Below are positions 32,710 to 35,108 of a stretch of DNA of 35,108 nt, piece after piece. How positions within the stretch are numbered: position 1 is the first letter of the stretch; each line of letters begins with the position of its first letter. Source of the DNA: Myxococcota bacterium (GTDB taxonomy: Bacteria > Myxococcota > XYA12-FULL-58-9 > JALHOP01). Location of the stretch: the NCBI GenBank assembly GCA_041288095.1, contig JBGGMJ010000128.1, forward strand, positions 1 through 35,108. Reading direction: 5' to 3'. The position numbers and the translations under genes are program-made. The notes beneath the pieces were generated by a model. It ran no database searches. It was not told the DNA's origin and saw only the letters and a program-made list of their open reading frames with translations.

Positions 32710-33818
32710 CGCGGCAACCGACGCCGGTGCGCATGGCGGTCGAGCATGTGCTCTTCGCCCTCATGATCTGTTCGATGGTGGGCTTGGTGCTGGTGGGGAA
32801 TTCCTCGTCGCACGCGCAGACGTCCAAGCGGAAGAAGCAGACGATCAACGTCGACGCCATCCCGTTCAAGCCGAACCTCGATACGTACATCGTCGAGCAG
32901 GGCGACAATCTCTGGAACATCACCCGCAAGGTCACGGGTTCGGCGTGGTTATGGCCGCGGGTCTGGGCGTACAACCCCGAGATCACGAATCCGAACTGGA
33001 TCTATCCGGGCGATCAGATCCGCTTCTTTCCTAGCGACGTCGAGCTCCCCAGCCTCTACGATCTGGCGTCAGCGCAGCGCGAGATGCCGCAAGAGCCGCA
33101 GCCGGCGAAGATCGTCGAAGAGGAGAACACTCGTCCGGCGCCGCGGGGCATCGATCCCGCGCGCTTCGTAGGACTCTTCGTGACCCCGAAGGAGTTGTCG
33201 GAGGCCGGCACGCTGCGTAACTCGGCGGACGAGCACATCCTGCTGTCGCCGGACGACCGTGTCTTTCTGTCGTTTCCACGCGAGAGCCAGCCGCGCAGCG
33301 GCGAGCGCTATTTCGTCTACAGGACCGTCGGCAAGGTCACGCACCCCGTCACCAAGAAGAACTTCGGCTACATGACGGAGGTCACCGGTTTTGCCTCCAT
33401 CGAAGAAGTCTACGAGAAGGTGAGCAAGGCGCGCATCGATGCGACACGTCTCGAGGTAGAGCGCGGCCAATTCGTCACCAAGGTCGAGGAAAACCTCAAG
33501 GAGCGGGTCACACCGACGGCCGCGTCATCCGCCCTCGAAGGTTACGTTTTAGCGGTCAATTACGACACCGGCGTCGTCGCCGGCACGCACAACGTCGTCT
33601 TCATCGACAAGGGCAAGAACGACGGCGTGCAGCGCGGCAATCAATTCACGGTGACGCGGAGCGATGACCCGATCGTCGGCGACCCGAAAGACCTGCCCCC
33701 GAAGCCGATCGCCACGCTCATGGTCGTGGATACGCGCGACAATGCGTCAACCTGCCTCGTGGTGGCCTCCAAGCAAGAAGTCGAGCCGGGTTTGAAGGTG
33801 AAGGCAGTTACGCGATAG
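32706..33818 (+). CDS. LysM peptidoglycan-binding protein, TsaP-like (type IV pilus secretin-associated)
   Basis: YIVEQGDNLWNI...WLWPRVWAYNPEITNPNWIYPGD LysM; HPVT; VFIDKGKNDGVQRG C-terminal domain. ATGA overlap with cpoB. Confidence 0.8.
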   Translation: MTRQPTPVRMAVEHVLFALMICSMVGLVLVGNSSSHAQTSKRKKQTINVDAIPFKPNLDTYIVEQGDNLWNITRKVTGSAWLWPRVWAYNPEITNPNWIYPGDQIRFFPSDVELPSLYDLASAQREMPQEPQPAKIVEEENTRPAPRGIDPARFVGLFVTPKELSEAGTLRNSADEHILLSPDDRVFLSFPRESQPRSGERYFVYRTVGKVTHPVTKKNFGYMTEVTGFASIEEVYEKVSKARIDATRLEVERGQFVTKVEENLKERVTPTAASSALEGYVLAVNYDTGVVAGTHNVVFIDKGKNDGVQRGNQFTVTRSDDPIVGDPKDLPPKPIATLMVVDTRDNASTCLVVASKQEVEPGLKVKAVTR

Positions 33819-33827
33819 GGTCGCGGG

Positions 33828-35108
33828 ATGCCCCGATCAGCGTTGGCTGTCTGCGTCCTTCTGGGTTTCGCATCGGTAGCGTCCGCGGTCGAGCCCGCGA
33901 CTGTCCGTCTCCCCCTCGAACAATGGCAGCAAGCCGTCGACGGCGTGCGCGAGCTGGAGAAGCCGCCGGCGCCGCAACATCCTTACGCGGTGGTCCGCCG
34001 TAACGTCGACGTGGCCTTCGCCCGCGGCGTGCTCACCGGCAGCATGGACGCCGAAATCGACGTCGACACCCTGGACCGGACGGTGACGGTGCCGCTCCTC
34101 GACGAGCAGGCGTCATTGTCGTCGATTACCGTTGACGGGGCGGCCGCGGTAGCCACCCGCGCGGACGGCATGAACGCGGTGCTCATCGCCACGCGCGGCC
34201 GCCATCGCGTACACCTCACCTTCGCGAAGGGCCAAGACGAAGACCGCTTTACGCGCGGCTTTTCACTCATGTTGCCTCCCGGGCCGGTAACCCGCGTCGT
34301 GGCGCAGCTCCCCGAGGCTGACGTCGAGGCCGAGCTCGACGGCGGTGTCATCCTTTCGCAGAGCCGAGGCGGCTCGGGTACGCGCATCGAGGCGGCGATG
34401 GGCGCCTCTGGAGAGCTGTCCCTGCACTGGCGCCGGCGGGCGGCGGAAGCGAGCAGCGCCAAGCGCGAGCTCGAGGCGCGCATGTTCGTGCTCGCGAGCG
34501 TCCACGAGCAGACCGTGCGGACGCGCACCACCATCGCGTATCGCGTGCTCTCGGGAGAAGCGTCGCGCTTCGAGCTATCGATTCCCGACGGCGTCGAGGT
34601 CACCCAGGTGAGCGGCGACGCGGTGCTGCAGTGGACGGCGGAGCGCCGCGGCAACGAACGCGTGGTTTCGGTGTTGCTGAAGTACCTCGTCGACGACGCG
34701 ACGAGCATCGACGTGGCGACCCAGCACCCGCGCGGCTCCGGCGGTGGGGCCGACCTCAAGCTGGTTCGTGCGAGCGACGCCACGCTCCGCGAAGGCTTCA
34801 TCGCGCTCGAAGGTCGAGCCGGCTTCGAGCTCGCGGTCACGAAGAGCGAAGACGCGTCCGCGATGGCGACCGGCGACCTGCCGAGTGAGCTGCTGTCCGC
34901 GACCGACAAGCCGTTGCTCGCGGCGTTTCGCTTCGAGAAAGAGCCCAAGGTCGCGGTGACCGTGACTCGCAACGAGCAAGTAGAGCTCACCCAGGCGGTC
35001 ATCGACGACCTCGAGGCTGTGACCATCGTCGGCGAAGAGGGTGTCGAGATCGTCAAGCTCAAGCTCTTTGTCCGCAATAACACACGACAGTATCTTGGTG
35101 TGACGCTA
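33828..35108 (+). CDS. Large secreted beta-rich hypothetical protein (3' end runs off the window)
   Basis: Not in the ORF track. MPRSALAVCVLLGFASVASA signal peptide, then VEPATVRLPLEQW...ELSLHWRRR...FVRNNTRQYLGVTL; open for 427 codons to the window end. Confidence 0.85.
   Translation, partial: MPRSALAVCVLLGFASVASAVEPATVRLPLEQWQQAVDGVRELEKPPAPQHPYAVVRRNVDVAFARGVLTGSMDAEIDVDTLDRTVTVPLLDEQASLSSITVDGAAAVATRADGMNAVLIATRGRHRVHLTFAKGQDEDRFTRGFSLMLPPGPVTRVVAQLPEADVEAELDGGVILSQSRGGSGTRIEAAMGASGELSLHWRRRAAEASSAKRELEARMFVLASVHEQTVRTRTTIAYRVLSGEASRFELSIPDGVEVTQVSGDAVLQWTAERRGNERVVSVLLKYLVDDATSIDVATQHPRGSGGGADLKLVRASDATLREGFIALEGRAGFELAVTKSEDASAMATGDLPSELLSATDKPLLAAFRFEKEPKVAVTVTRNEQVELTQAVIDDLEAVTIVGEEGVEIVKLKLFVRNNTRQYLGVTL

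Noticed and set aside
33983..35083. Long antisense ORFs here and at 9069-10433, 13110-14615, 15382-16878, 28418-29815 and 30325-31827
   Set aside because: Shadow ORFs opposite well-supported genes, expected in high-GC DNA; no recognisable motifs.

Overview
High-GC bacterial chromosomal segment. Gene content (TsaP-like LysM protein, CpoB, lipoproteins) suggests an uncultured Myxococcota/deltaproteobacterial lineage; this is an inference. The window holds about 36 densely packed genes and shows no transposase, integrase, phage gene or CRISPR array. Housekeeping genes: queE, lat, dapB, folK, mutM, sodC, a leuB-family dehydrogenase, lysC, psd, pgeF, cpoB, a deoxynucleoside kinase, an M23 peptidase and tRNA-Leu(UAA). 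Best candidates for undescribed biology: (1) an unannotated ~180-nt rod-shaped RNA at 11707-11888 with a -10 box, strand-consistent G-U pairs and its own terminator (6S-like or novel), followed by a GATC(GC) repeat cluster, an orphan ribbon-helix-helix-like gene and the tRNA; (2) two tandem multidomain rhomboid proteases (PH-like, rhomboid, TPR-like, CxC beta domain); (3) a LOV blue-light hybrid histidine kinase; (4) an RpoS-like sigma factor with a long basic N-terminus, preceded by a 3x30-bp palindromic array and a Zn-ribbon/Tudor-like gene; (5) a ThrB-like pseudokinase; (6) lat sitting directly upstream of dapB with no dapA in the window. All assignments come from reading motifs by eye; no searches were run.
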